Source of the DNA: an uncultured Chromatiales bacterium
Lineage (GTDB): Bacteria; Pseudomonadota; Gammaproteobacteria; SZUA-140
Assembly: GCA_964388175.1 (NCBI GenBank)
Contig: CAYLYS010000002.1
Location: 33,424 to 92,500 of the forward strand
Direction: 5' to 3'
Length of the DNA: 59,077 nucleotides
Numbering within the stretch: the stretch's first letter is position 1; each line of letters begins with the position of its first letter. Below the pieces are notes generated by a model, which was given only the letters and a program-made list of their open reading frames with translations, ran no database searches and had not been told where the DNA came from. Below, in pieces: positions 46,357 through 56,197 of the stretch. Made by a program: the position numbers and the translations under genes.

Positions 46357-46581
46357 ATGAAAGCGGAATATGACTTCTCGAAGATGAAGCACAGAAAGAA
46401 TCCCTACGCCTCCGGCTTGAAGCGGCAGGTGACCATACGCATGAGCGAGGAGGTCGTCGCATACTTCAAGGCCATGGCGGAGGAAACGGGGATTCCATAC
46501 CAAAGCCTGATCAACCTCTATCTTCGCGACTGCGTCGCCAAGAACAGAAAGCTGGACGTAAACTGGCCGAAGCGCGCCTGA
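46357..46581 (+). CDS. brnA: BrnA-family antitoxin (ribbon-helix-helix)
   Basis: 74 aa. DFSKMKHRKNPYASGLKRQVTIRMSEEVVAYFKAMAEETGIPYQSLINLYLRDCV matches the BrnA pattern. It starts 4 nt after brnT. Confidence 0.8.
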   Translation: MKAEYDFSKMKHRKNPYASGLKRQVTIRMSEEVVAYFKAMAEETGIPYQSLINLYLRDCVAKNRKLDVNWPKRA

Positions 46582-46636
46582 CGATCAGAGGAAGCGAAGC
46601 CCTCCAGTCCGATCAGCAAACCCCACCTGCCCCCGC

Positions 46637-47839
46637 CTACAGCTCCACCTCAATCCGCTCGATCACCCGCCGCGCCTTTTCCCGCGCGGCGTCGATGCTG
46701 TCGCCCTTGGCCAGGGCCACGCCCAGTCGGCGCTGGCCGGTGACTTCGGGCTTGCCGAAGAGCTTGAGGTCGGTATCGGCTTCGGCGAGGGCGGCGGCGA
46801 GGTTGCCGTAGCGCATCTGTTTCGATTCGCCGTCCACCAGCAGGACGCAGGAGGCGGTCGGCCCCTGCTGGCGGATGGCGGGTACGGGCAGGCCGAGGAT
46901 GGCGCGGGCGTGCAGGGCGAATTCCGAGAGATTCTGCGACAGCAGGGTGACCAGGCCGGTGTCGTGCGGACGCGGCGAGACTTCGCTGAACCAGACCTCA
47001 TCGCCCTTCACGAAGAACTCCATGCCGAAGATACCCTGGCCACCCAGGGCGTCGGTGACTTTCCGCGCCACGTCCTGCGCGCGCTGCAGGGCAGCAGCGG
47101 ACATGGGCTGAGGCTGCCAGGATTCGCGGTAATCGCCCGCCTCCTGAAGATGACCGATGGGTTCGCAGAAGGAGGTGACGGTCCGGCCCTGGCCGTCGTT
47201 GTGACGCAGGGTGAGCAGGGTGATTTCGTAGTCGAAATCCACGAAGCCTTCGACGATGACACGGCCGGCGCCGGCACGGCCGCCGGACTGGGCGTAATCC
47301 CAGGCGGGGCGGATGTCGCCGGCGCTGCGCACCAGGCTCCGGCCCTTGCCGGAGGAGGACACGACGGGCTTGACCACGCAGGGCAGGCCGATGCGGGCCA
47401 CGGCCTGCTCGAAGGCATCGAAGCTGTCGACGAAGGTATAGGCCGAGGTCGGCAGGCCCAGGGTTTCGGCCGCCAGGCGGCGGATGCCTTCGCGGTTCAT
47501 GGTGAGCTGCGCGGCGCGGGCGGTGGGCACCACGCGCCAGCCTTCGGCTTCGAGCTTCACCAGTTCGTCGGTGGCGATGGCTTCGATTTCCGGCACGATC
47601 AGCGCCGGCCGTTCGGTTTCGATCACGCGGCGCAGGGCGACCCCGTCGAGCATGGAGATGACATGGCTGCGGTCCGCCACCTGCATGCCGGGGGCGTTGG
47701 GGTAGCGGTCCACGGCAATGACTTCGCAGCCGAGGCGCTTCAGTTCGATGATGACTTCGCGCCCCAGTTCGCCGGCGCCCAGCAGCAGGACGCGAGTGGC
47801 CGTGGGCGAAAAGGGTGTGCCGATGGCGGGCGATGTCAT
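46637..47839 (-). CDS. purT: Formate-dependent phosphoribosylglycinamide formyltransferase
   Basis: 400 aa: [31 protein letters not shown], an ATP-grasp core, full-length PurT. Confidence 0.93.
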   Translation of the reverse strand: MTSPAIGTPFSPTATRVLLLGAGELGREVIIELKRLGCEVIAVDRYPNAPGMQVADRSHVISMLDGVALRRVIETERPALIVPEIEAIATDELVKLEAEGWRVVPTARAAQLTMNREGIRRLAAETLGLPTSAYTFVDSFDAFEQAVARIGLPCVVKPVVSSSGKGRSLVRSAGDIRPAWDYAQSGGRAGAGRVIVEGFVDFDYEITLLTLRHNDGQGRTVTSFCEPIGHLQEAGDYRESWQPQPMSAAALQRAQDVARKVTDALGGQGIFGMEFFVKGDEVWFSEVSPRPHDTGLVTLLSQNLSEFALHARAILGLPVPAIRQQGPTASCVLLVDGESKQMRYGNLAAALAEADTDLKLFGKPEVTGQRRLGVALAKGDSIDAAREKARRVIERIEVEL

Positions 47840-48142
47840 GAACGCGCTTCCGAAGGATTTGGAGTGTGGGCTCGATCCCGGCCGAGGATATCACAAGGCG
47901 ACAAAAAGCGGGGTCGAGCCCGACAGTGCCGATGGCTTCAATCCGCTTTTTCCGCATCCGCCAGTATGGCGCGCATGCATGCTGCGAGCGGCTGCCAATG
48001 TCTGCCGGCTGCCGCAGCCATGCGTGACGATCATGACAGACGCACCGTAACGAATCCGCCATCCAGCCTTCCCGGTTCCGTCACATCGAAGCGCTATGTT
48101 CTGACCCTGCTTTCCAGAGCCGAGCAAATAAGGAGATTCGAT

Positions 48143-50230
48143 ATGATTCGCAAGTCCCTCAGTCTGATCGTCGACAATGGCAACGGTGACGAGCCGCCGA
48201 GCAATCACTCCGGCAATCGCAGCTTCGCCGATGTGCTCGATGCGCGCATACAGCGCCGCACGGTGCTCAAGGGCAGTCTGGCCGCAGCCGTTGCCGGTCT
48301 GTTCAGCGGCGCGCTGGCCGGCTGCAATTCCAGCTCGTCGAGTGTCGGGCCGGAGGAAGGTCCGCCGCAACTGCTCGGCTTCGATGCGATCCCGATCGGC
48401 ACGGACGACACCATCCACGTACCTGCCGGCTACAGCTGGCAACCCCTGGTCGAGTGGGGACGTTCCCTGGGCACCGGCGAGCTGGAAAACCTGCCCTTCC
48501 CCGCCGGCCAGGGCGGCGCCCGACAGGCGGATGCGATGGGCTCGCACCACGACGGCATGCATTTCTTCCCTATCGACGGTCTCGACCCTTACGAGGGCAG
48601 TTCGGACGACGGTCTGCTGGTCATGAACCACGAATACGTCGAGCCGCGCTATATGCACGCGGAAGCGGTGGGCCAGTCGCTCTCGCGCGACGCCTTCCTC
48701 AGCTACGACGATGGCGGCGTCCTGCGCCGTGACAGCGATCAGGTGCTCGCCGAGATGAACGGCCACGGCGTCAGCGTGGTGCGCGTGCAGAAGCAGCTGA
48801 ACGGCGAGTGGATCATGATGGCGGGCGATCCGCGCAACCGCCGCATCACGGCATTGACGCCGATGGAGATCGCGGGACCGGTGCGCGGCACGGACTTCGT
48901 CAAGACGCGCTTCAGTCCGGGCGGCACGATGACCCGCGGCACGATCAACAACTGCGCCCATGGCGTGACGCCGTGGAATACCTACCTGACCTGCGAGGAG
49001 AACTGGGCCGGCTACTTCCGCAACCGCGACAGCGGCGGCGACCCGCAGCCGCGCGAGCACCAGCGCTACGGCGTCGCGGCCGGCACCGGCCGTTACGGCT
49101 GGGAATCGGCGGATACCGATCCGGACACCAACGACCAGGCCTACGCCCGCTTCAACGCCGCGCCGATCGGGGCCGTTCCCACGGACGACTACCGCAACGA
49201 ACCCAACGCCTTCGGCTGGGTGGTGGAGATCGACCCCTTCGATCCCGTCAGTACGCCGGTGAAGCGCACGCACCTCGGCCGCTTCGCGCACGAGGGCGTG
49301 GTGTTCCAGCCGCCGATCGAAGGCCAGCCCGTGGTCCTCTACTCGGGCGACGATGCCACCCACGAGTACATCTACAAGTTCGTCTCGGCGCAGCCCTATC
49401 ACCGCGAGACCGCCGGCGGCCACCTGCTGGACAGCGGTACGCTGTACGTCGCCAAGTTCAACGACGACGGCAGCGGCGAATGGCTGCCGCTGGTCTGGGG
49501 CCTGGGTGTCCTGCGTCCGGATGCCGAGGTGCCCTTCCAGAGCCAGGCCGATGTCCTGGTCAATACGCGCCTCGCGGCCGACGCGGTCGGCGCGACGCGG
49601 ATGGACCGCCCGGAATGGGGCGCCGTGGACCCCACCACGCGGCAGGTGTACTTCACGCTCACCAACAACACCGCCCGCACGGCGACCGACGCGGCCAATC
49701 CGCGCGCCAACAGCCGCTGGGGACACATCATCCGCTGGAGCGAAGCCGGCGGTAATCCGGCTGCGACCGCCTTCGCGTGGGATATCTTCCTGCTCTCCGG
49801 CCCGACCGACGATTCCGATTTCAACGGCCAGACACTCGACGAGGACCAGATCCACAACAGCCCGGACGGCCTGTGGTTCGACGCCGAGGGCCGTTTGTGG
49901 ATCCAGTCGGATATCAGCGAGAGCGTGATGAACACCGGCGACTACGCCCAGTTCGGCAACAATCAGATGCTGGCGGCGGACCCGGCGAACAATGAGCTGC
50001 GCCGTTTCCTCACTGGTCCGCTCGGCCAGGAAATCACCGGCGTCGTCACCACGCCCGACCGACGCACGATGTTCATCAACGTGCAGCACCCCGGCGCGAC
50101 GATCACGCCGGCGCAGTTCGCGGCCGGCGAACTGGAAGGCAACGGCACCTGGCCACTCGGCGGCGGCAACTACGGCCGTTCCTCGACCGTGGTCATCACC
50201 AAGGACGACGGCGGCGTGATCGGCAGCTGA
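48143..50230 (+). CDS. phoX: PhoX-family secreted alkaline phosphatase (DUF839)
   Basis: This is the real gene within track ORF 46910..50230. ATG 48143 follows AAGGAG. It has the Tat motif RRTVLKGSLAAAVAG plus LAGC, and PhoX blocks MNHEY, NNCAHGVTPWNTYLTCEEN, RMDRPEWG and FINVQHPG. Confidence 0.85.
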   Translation: MIRKSLSLIVDNGNGDEPPSNHSGNRSFADVLDARIQRRTVLKGSLAAAVAGLFSGALAGCNSSSSSVGPEEGPPQLLGFDAIPIGTDDTIHVPAGYSWQPLVEWGRSLGTGELENLPFPAGQGGARQADAMGSHHDGMHFFPIDGLDPYEGSSDDGLLVMNHEYVEPRYMHAEAVGQSLSRDAFLSYDDGGVLRRDSDQVLAEMNGHGVSVVRVQKQLNGEWIMMAGDPRNRRITALTPMEIAGPVRGTDFVKTRFSPGGTMTRGTINNCAHGVTPWNTYLTCEENWAGYFRNRDSGGDPQPREHQRYGVAAGTGRYGWESADTDPDTNDQAYARFNAAPIGAVPTDDYRNEPNAFGWVVEIDPFDPVSTPVKRTHLGRFAHEGVVFQPPIEGQPVVLYSGDDATHEYIYKFVSAQPYHRETAGGHLLDSGTLYVAKFNDDGSGEWLPLVWGLGVLRPDAEVPFQSQADVLVNTRLAADAVGATRMDRPEWGAVDPTTRQVYFTLTNNTARTATDAANPRANSRWGHIIRWSEAGGNPAATAFAWDIFLLSGPTDDSDFNGQTLDEDQIHNSPDGLWFDAEGRLWIQSDISESVMNTGDYAQFGNNQMLAADPANNELRRFLTGPLGQEITGVVTTPDRRTMFINVQHPGATITPAQFAAGELEGNGTWPLGGGNYGRSSTVVITKDDGGVIGS

Positions 50231-50268
50231 TCGCCGTCGTATCGGAGTTCCACCCCTCCTCGATCAGG

Positions 50269-50292
50269 CCCCCTCGCTGTGCAGCGAGGGGG
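50269..50292 (+). terminator. Stem-loop after phoX (9-bp GC stem CCCCCTCGC / GCGAGGGGG, loop TGTGCA)
   Basis: Read directly, 39 nt after the phoX stop. There is no clear U-tract afterwards, so its function as an intrinsic terminator is uncertain. Confidence 0.45.
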
Positions 50293-50544
50293 GCTTGCCG
50301 GACATCGGATCACGGACCGGCGGAAGCTTTGCCAGCCGAATCCCATTCTTAACCCTGCTCTCAAGTAATATAAAGAGCATGGACGGGCAGCAAGGAGCCC
50401 GACGATGCGCTATCGGTCTTCTTCCCACCGCCGAACCATGGCGTCATGCACGCCAATGGCCAGCGAGCAGCTGGAAAATCTGTACATCGCCACATTCGCA
50501 TCACGCGGCGCACCCTGATCGAAGCAAACGCGAGGAAATTCCCG

Positions 50545-51465
50545 ATGACCAAAAAGAAAAAACCGTCATCCAAGAAAGCGCTCGTCGACATCGACCCGGA
50601 AGAGTTTCGTGTCGAGGCCGGCGAGCGATTGAATCTCGCGCAACATCCCACGCAGATCGCGCCGCTCTACGAATCGAAGAAGGACTACGAGAAGCTGCTC
50701 GAAGCCGGCACGCGTGAGCTCAGCCGCTTGCAGCAACTGCTCTACGCGCACGACCGTTATGCGCTGCTGCTGATCTTCCAGGCCATGGACGCGGCAGGCA
50801 AGGACGGCGCGATCCGCCACGTGATGTCGGGGGTCAATCCGCAGGGCTGCCAGGTGCACAGCTTCAAGCATCCGAGCGCCGAAGAGCTCGATCACGATTT
50901 CCTCTGGCGCACGCAGCGCTCGCTGCCGGAGCGCGGGCGCATCGGCATTTTCAACCGCTCCTATTACGAGGAGGTGCTGATCGTGCGCGTGCGGCCGGAG
51001 ATTCTGCGCGCCCAGCAGTTGCCGCCCTCGGCGCTGAACGAGCAGGATTTCTGGCAGGGGCGCTACCGCTCGATCGTCGACTCCGAGGCGCATCTGCATC
51101 GCAACGGCACGCGCATCCTCAAGTTCTTCCTGCATCTCTCGCGCGAGGAGCAGCGCCAGCGTTTCCTCGCCCGCATCGACGATCCCGACAAGAATTGGAA
51201 ATTCTCACGCGCCGACCTCGAGCAGCGCGAATCATGGGACGATTACATGGTCGCCTACGAGGACTGCCTGCGCGCCACCAGCAGCGCGGAATCGCCCTGG
51301 TTCGTCGTTCCGGCCGACGACAAGCGCAATGCGCGGCTGATCGTCTCGCGTATCATCGTCGATGCGCTGTCGCGGCTGGAGCTGAGCTATCCGAGCGTGA
51401 GCAGCGAACGCAAGGCGGAGATCGTCGCCGCGAGGCGCCTGCTCGAGAAACAGGCGCCGGAATAG
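50545..51465 (+). CDS. ppk2: Polyphosphate kinase 2 family protein
   Basis: Track ORF 50446..51465, with start at [14 protein letters not shown]2 blocks are [14 protein letters not shown] (Walker A-like), FLWR and [10 protein letters not shown]. Confidence 0.88.
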   Translation: MTKKKKPSSKKALVDIDPEEFRVEAGERLNLAQHPTQIAPLYESKKDYEKLLEAGTRELSRLQQLLYAHDRYALLLIFQAMDAAGKDGAIRHVMSGVNPQGCQVHSFKHPSAEELDHDFLWRTQRSLPERGRIGIFNRSYYEEVLIVRVRPEILRAQQLPPSALNEQDFWQGRYRSIVDSEAHLHRNGTRILKFFLHLSREEQRQRFLARIDDPDKNWKFSRADLEQRESWDDYMVAYEDCLRATSSAESPWFVVPADDKRNARLIVSRIIVDALSRLELSYPSVSSERKAEIVAARRLLEKQAPE

Positions 51466-51537
51466 CGCCAGGCGGAGCGAGCTTCCCGGCGCGAACCGCG
51501 CTAACATCACCCGTACGCAAACTGCCAAGGAAGAACC

Positions 51538-52599
51538 ATGAAAACTTCCACACCTCTTTTCGCCGCTCTCTCACTGCTGACTGCAGCCCTGTTCATCGGC
51601 GCAAGCGCCCATGCCTGCACGCGCGCGGTCTATCTCGGACCGGCGGACCGCGTACTGACGGGACGCAGCATGGACTGGAAACTGGACTGGGAAGGCAATA
51701 TGTGGATCCTGCCGCGCGGGGTCGCGCGCAGCGGCGCCGCCGGTCCGCGCTCGGTCGAGTGGACTGCGAAATACGGCAGTGCGGTGATCACCGGGTACGA
51801 GGTCGCGACTTCCGACGGCTTCAATGAAGCCGGGCTGATGGTCAACGCGCTGTGGATGACGCAATCGGTCTACCCCGAGGACGACGGCCAAACGCCGCGG
51901 CTGTCGCTGTCGATCTGGCCCCAGTATCTGCTCGACAATTTCGCCACCGTCGCCGAGGCGGTCGCACACCTGCACGCCAGCCCCATCCACGTCGCCACCG
52001 GCGAAGTGCCCGACCAGCCCGGCCGCATCGCCACGACTCATCTGTCGCTGTCCGATTCGTCGGGCGACAGCGCCATCCTGGAATGGATCGACGGCGAACT
52101 GCGCATCCACCATGGGCGCCAGTACCAGGTGATGACCAACGAGCCGGTCTTCGAGGATCAACTGGCGATCACGAAATACTGGTCGCGCGTGGAGGGCCTG
52201 CATTTCCTGCCCGGCAGCAGCCGCGCCGAGGACCGCTTCGCGCGCGCCAGCTTTTTCATCAATGCCGTGGAAAAACACGACGATGCGCGGCTGGCCGCGG
52301 CCGCCGTGTTCAGTGTCATGCGCAACGTCTCCGCGCCCTACGGCGTCAGCATCGACGACCAGCCCAACCTGTCGACGACGCGCTGGCGCGTCGTCGCCGA
52401 CCACAAGGACATGCTCTATTACTTCGAATCGGTGGTCTCGCCGAATCTGTTCTGGGTGGACATGAAAAAAGTCGACTTCTCGCCCAAAGCCGGCGTGCGC
52501 AAGCTCGATCTCGGACCGCGCCAGCAGAATCTGTTCTCCGGCGACGTATCCGGCAAATTCAAGGCAGCCAAGCCTTTCCCCTTCATGCCGGCGGAGTGA
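51538..52599 (+). CDS. Secreted Ntn-hydrolase of the choloylglycine hydrolase / linear amide C-N hydrolase family
   Basis: The signal peptide MKTSTPLFAALSLLTAALFIGASAHA is followed directly by the nucleophile Cys (CTRAVYLG). The SMDW and GFNEAGL blocks are present. Confidence 0.8.
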   Translation: MKTSTPLFAALSLLTAALFIGASAHACTRAVYLGPADRVLTGRSMDWKLDWEGNMWILPRGVARSGAAGPRSVEWTAKYGSAVITGYEVATSDGFNEAGLMVNALWMTQSVYPEDDGQTPRLSLSIWPQYLLDNFATVAEAVAHLHASPIHVATGEVPDQPGRIATTHLSLSDSSGDSAILEWIDGELRIHHGRQYQVMTNEPVFEDQLAITKYWSRVEGLHFLPGSSRAEDRFARASFFINAVEKHDDARLAAAAVFSVMRNVSAPYGVSIDDQPNLSTTRWRVVADHKDMLYYFESVVSPNLFWVDMKKVDFSPKAGVRKLDLGPRQQNLFSGDVSGKFKAAKPFPFMPAE

Positions 52600-52620
52600 A
52601 GCGGGCGCATACTCGCGGAC

Positions 52621-53049
52621 ATGCGGCTCTGGTCCCTGCACCCGAAATATCTCGATCCGCAGGGTCTCGTCGCGCTGTGGCGGGAGACACTGCTGGCGCA
52701 GGCGGTGCTGCGCGGGGAAACGCGCGGCTATCGCAAGCATCCGCAGCTCGACCGTTTCCGCAGCCACTCGGCGCCGCTGGCGGCGATCTCCACCTATCTC
52801 AAGGCCGTTCACGCCGAGGCCGAGGCGCGCGGTTATGCCTTCGACAAAGGGAAGATCAAACCGGCGCGGCAATCCCTCACGCTCGCCGTCACCGCCGGCC
52901 AGCTGGAGTATGAATGGGCGCATCTGCTGGCGAAGCTGAAAGCGCGCAATCCGGCGCTTTACCGGCAGTGGCGGAGCACGGAAACGCCGGACACGCATCC
53001 GCTGTTCTCGCTATGCGCCGGCGACATCGCACCGTGGGAACGCCGCTGA
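52621..53049 (+). CDS. Pyrimidine-dimer DNA glycosylase / endonuclease V (DenV-like) family protein
   Basis: 142 aa. MRLWSLHPKYLDPQGLVALWRETLLAQAVLRGETRGYRKHPQLDRF matches the bacterial Pyr_excise family N-terminus as I remember it. Confidence 0.7.
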   Translation: MRLWSLHPKYLDPQGLVALWRETLLAQAVLRGETRGYRKHPQLDRFRSHSAPLAAISTYLKAVHAEAEARGYAFDKGKIKPARQSLTLAVTAGQLEYEWAHLLAKLKARNPALYRQWRSTETPDTHPLFSLCAGDIAPWERR

Positions 53050-53087
53050 ATCCGGCATCATCCCGATCAGGGGAAGCAAGCAACACC

Positions 53088-53426
53088 ATGGAAACCATCG
53101 GCTGGGACGATTTCACCAAAGTAGAGCTGCGCGTGGGCCGCATCATCGGCGTCGAACCCTTCCCCGAAGCGAGAAAGCCGGCCTACCTACTGCGCGTCGA
53201 TTTCGGCCCCGAGATCGGCATCAGGAAATCGAGCGCACAGATCACCCGGCTCTACCGGCCGGAAGACCTCATCGGCAAGCTCGTCGTGGCGGTGATCAAT
53301 TTCCCGCGCAAGCAGATCGGGCCGCTCATGTCCGAATGCCTGGTCACCGGCTTCCACGACGAGCGCGGAGACGTGGCACTGTGCGTTCCCGACAAGCCGG
53401 TGCCGCCGGGCACGAGGCTGCTGTGA
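53088..53426 (+). CDS. tRNA-binding protein (CsaA/YgjH, EMAP-type OB fold)
   Basis: This is the real start within track ORF 52914..53426: METIGWDDFTKVELRVGRIIGVEPFPEARKPAYLLRVDFG... Confidence 0.8.
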   Translation: METIGWDDFTKVELRVGRIIGVEPFPEARKPAYLLRVDFGPEIGIRKSSAQITRLYRPEDLIGKLVVAVINFPRKQIGPLMSECLVTGFHDERGDVALCVPDKPVPPGTRLL

Positions 53427-53604
53427 GGGCGGCGCCGCTATATCCATATTTATTAAGCAACAACATTGGCATCGGCACACCAGGACCGCATTGCCGGCGG
53501 CGACGCGCGACGGCATCACCGCGCCGCTGCCGAATGCGCGACGGGATACCTGACCGCAGCCGGACGCCTTGCTATACTCCAGCGAAATCGCAGGGAGCAG
53601 GATC

Positions 53605-54447
53605 GTGACGGCAGACAGCGCCATCCATTTCAGCAAGATGCACGGCCTCGGCAACGACTTCGTGGTGATCGACGCGGTCAATCAGACCGTGCTGCCGACG
53701 CCGGCCTGGGTCAAGCGCCTGGCAGACCGCCACACCGGCATCGGTTTCGATCAGTTGCTGCTGGTCGAGCCGGCCAGCAGCAATGCGGCGGATTTCCGCT
53801 ACCGCATTTTCAATTCCGACGGCAGCGAGGCCGAGCAGTGCGGCAACGGCGCGCGCTGCTTCACCGACTTCGTGCGCCGCCGCGGCCTCACCGACAAGCG
53901 CGAACTGGTGCTGGAGACGCGCACCGGACTGATCGGCGCACGCGTCGAAGACGGCAATCTGATCGCCATCGACATGGCGGTGCCGTCGTTCGAACCCGCC
54001 GCCCTGCCCTTCGCTGCCGCGGCGCGCGCCGAGACCTATGCGCTCGCCGTCGACGGCGAGACGGTCGAGATCCGTGCCGTGTCGATGGGCAATCCGCACG
54101 CGGTGATCCTGGTCGACGATGTGACCACGGCGCCGGTGGCCCGCCTCGGCGCGGCGATCACCACGCACGAACGCTTTCCGCAGGGCGTCAACGTCGGCTT
54201 CCTGGAAATCCAGGACCGCGTCAGCGCCCGCCTGCGCGTGTTCGAACGCGGCAGCGGCGAAACCCTCGCCTGCGGCAGCGGCGCCTGCGCCGCGGTCGCC
54301 GCGGCGCGCCAGGCCGGCCTGCTCGAAGATCGCGTACTGGTCGAATTGCCGGGCGGCCGTCTTCTGATACAGTGGCCGGGTGAGGGACACCCCGTCCGCA
54401 TGACCGGCCCCGCCACCCACGTCTTCGAAGGAACCGTCACCCCATGA
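53605..54447 (+). CDS. dapF: Diaminopimelate epimerase
   Basis: GTG 53605 follows [41 protein letters not shown] and [11 protein letters not shown] contain the two catalytic Cys. Confidence 0.9.
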   Translation: MTADSAIHFSKMHGLGNDFVVIDAVNQTVLPTPAWVKRLADRHTGIGFDQLLLVEPASSNAADFRYRIFNSDGSEAEQCGNGARCFTDFVRRRGLTDKRELVLETRTGLIGARVEDGNLIAIDMAVPSFEPAALPFAAAARAETYALAVDGETVEIRAVSMGNPHAVILVDDVTTAPVARLGAAITTHERFPQGVNVGFLEIQDRVSARLRVFERGSGETLACGSGACAAVAAARQAGLLEDRVLVELPGGRLLIQWPGEGHPVRMTGPATHVFEGTVTP

Positions 54448-55193
54448 GCACACAGAAGACCGAAAAGAACGGCGCAACGACCGTTGCCGCCGAAACCGTC
54501 GAACATTATCTGCGCACGCACCCGGAGTTTTTCCTCGACCGCGATGCGCTGCTGCTCGAAATCACCGTACCGCATCAGGTCAACGGCGCCGTCTCGCTGG
54601 TCGAGCGCCAGGTCAGCCTGCTGCGCGAGCAGAACCGCCGCTACCGCCGCCAGTTGCAGGATCTGGTGGATATCGCGCGCAGCAACGACGAACTGCTCGG
54701 CCGCCTGCAGCAACTGACGCTGCGCATGATGGACGCGCCCGCATCCGCGCCGGTATTCGCGGCGCTGGAGGAAAGCCTGCAGGCCGATTTCAGCGCCGAT
54801 GCCGCCAGCCTCTATCTTTTCGGCGACGCCGAATCGGCGCTGCCCGCGGCGCCCGGCGGATTTCTGCGCGTCCATGTGCAGGAAGCCGGGCACATGGGAG
54901 AAGAGCTGCGCCGCCTGCTCGCCGGCGACAAACCGGTGTGCGGCCGGCTGAAGAACGAACGGCTGGTCGATCTGTTCGGCGACGGCGCCGACGCCATCGG
55001 CTCGGTCGCGCTGCTGCCGCTGGTCGCCGGCACGGAGAAGCGGCGCCTGCTCGGCGCGCTCGCCATCGGCAGCCACGACAGCGACCGCTTCAACGCCGAA
55101 ATGGCCACGACCTATCTGTGCCACCTGGCCGATCTGATCGCCCACCGCCTGGCCCCGCTCGTATCCGCACCGGCGCCCGCACGCCCGGCCTGA
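54444..55193 (+). CDS. DUF484 family protein (YigA-like)
   Basis: 249 aa. [22 protein letters not shown] is the N-terminus, and the C-terminal half is GAF-like. It holds the conserved dapF-yigA-xerC position and overlaps dapF by 4 nt. Confidence 0.75.
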   Translation: MSTQKTEKNGATTVAAETVEHYLRTHPEFFLDRDALLLEITVPHQVNGAVSLVERQVSLLREQNRRYRRQLQDLVDIARSNDELLGRLQQLTLRMMDAPASAPVFAALEESLQADFSADAASLYLFGDAESALPAAPGGFLRVHVQEAGHMGEELRRLLAGDKPVCGRLKNERLVDLFGDGADAIGSVALLPLVAGTEKRRLLGALAIGSHDSDRFNAEMATTYLCHLADLIAHRLAPLVSAPAPARPA

Positions 55194-55197
55194 AACG

Positions 55198-56124
55198 ATG
55201 ACGCCCGATGAAGCATCATCCGATGATGCATTGGGCGAGGTCCTGACACGTTTCGCGGCGCACCTGCGGGCGCGCCGTCTGTCTCCGCACACGCAGCAGG
55301 CCTATCTGCGCGACCTCGATGCGCTGCGCGATCACTGCGGCAGGGAAGGGATCGCGGACTGGCGCGTTGTCGACGTGCATCGCGTGCGCGCCTTCATCGC
55401 TGCCGGACACCGCCGCGGCCTCGGCGCCAAAAGCCTGCAGCGCATGCTGTCTTCGCTGCGCGCCTTCTTCGATTTCCTGATCGGGGAAGGCATGCTCAAG
55501 CACAACCCCGCCGATGGCCTGCGCGCCCCGAAGTCACGGCGGCGCCTGCCGGAAATCCTCGATGTCGACCAGACCGCACGGCTCCTCGACATCCACGCCG
55601 ATGATCCGCTCGCCGTGCGCGACCACGCGCTGATGGAGCTGATCTATTCTTCGGGCCTGCGCCTCGCCGAAGCCGTGGGACTCGATCTCGGCGACGTCGA
55701 TCTCGACAGCCATATCGTCGACATCACCGGCAAGGGCGACAAGATGCGCCGCGTGCCGGTGGGACGGATGGCGCGCACGGCGCTGCGGCGCTGGATCGAA
55801 GCGAGCACGGCCCTGCGCGCGCCCGGGGAGACCGCGCTCTTCGTTTCCCGCCAGGGCCGGCGGCTGTCGCCGCGCAGCATGCAGATCCGCATCGACACCT
55901 GGGCGCGACGGCAGGGTATCGACATCAAGGTCCACCCGCACATGCTGCGTCACGCCTTCGCCAGCCACCTGCTCGAATCCTCCGGCGACCTGCGCGCCGT
56001 GCAGGAGCTGCTCGGCCACGCCGATCTCGCCACCACCCAGATCTACACTCACCTCGATTTTCAGCACCTCGCCAAGGTCTACGACGACGCGCATCCGCGC
56101 GCACGGCGGCGCACGCGCGACTGA
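55198..56124 (+). CDS. xerC: Tyrosine recombinase XerC
   Basis: 308 aa with the catalytic set R...HMLRHAFASHLL...LLGHADLATTQIYTHL. It is in dapF-yigA-xerC synteny. Confidence 0.88.
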   Translation: MTPDEASSDDALGEVLTRFAAHLRARRLSPHTQQAYLRDLDALRDHCGREGIADWRVVDVHRVRAFIAAGHRRGLGAKSLQRMLSSLRAFFDFLIGEGMLKHNPADGLRAPKSRRRLPEILDVDQTARLLDIHADDPLAVRDHALMELIYSSGLRLAEAVGLDLGDVDLDSHIVDITGKGDKMRRVPVGRMARTALRRWIEASTALRAPGETALFVSRQGRRLSPRSMQIRIDTWARRQGIDIKVHPHMLRHAFASHLLESSGDLRAVQELLGHADLATTQIYTHLDFQHLAKVYDDAHPRARRRTRD

Positions 56125-56197
56125 GGCGACGGCCATGCGGGCGGGCGCGGCCGATGGTGTACAATGGCCGATCCAATAGCCGTCAGGAGTTCAGGTC

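Noticed and set aside
48022-48039. Pho-box-like half-site (CTGTCAT on the minus strand) upstream of phoX, and CTGTACA-tcgc-CACATTC at 50480-50497 upstream of ppk2
   Set aside because: Only one heptamer of each pair approaches the CTGTCAT consensus. The first site also faces away from phoX. This is not enough to call PhoB sites.
46910-50230. 1106-aa ORF that looks like a giant protein
   Set aside because: Its first 411 codons are the antisense of purT plus intergenic sequence. The true gene is PhoX, starting at ATG 48143 with an RBS and a Tat signal peptide.
55198-56124. The tyrosine recombinase as the missing integron integrase
   Set aside because: It sits in the universal dapF-yigA-xerC context and has typical XerC length and motifs. 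It is 9 kb away from the array, on the wrong side, and is not divergent from the cassettes.
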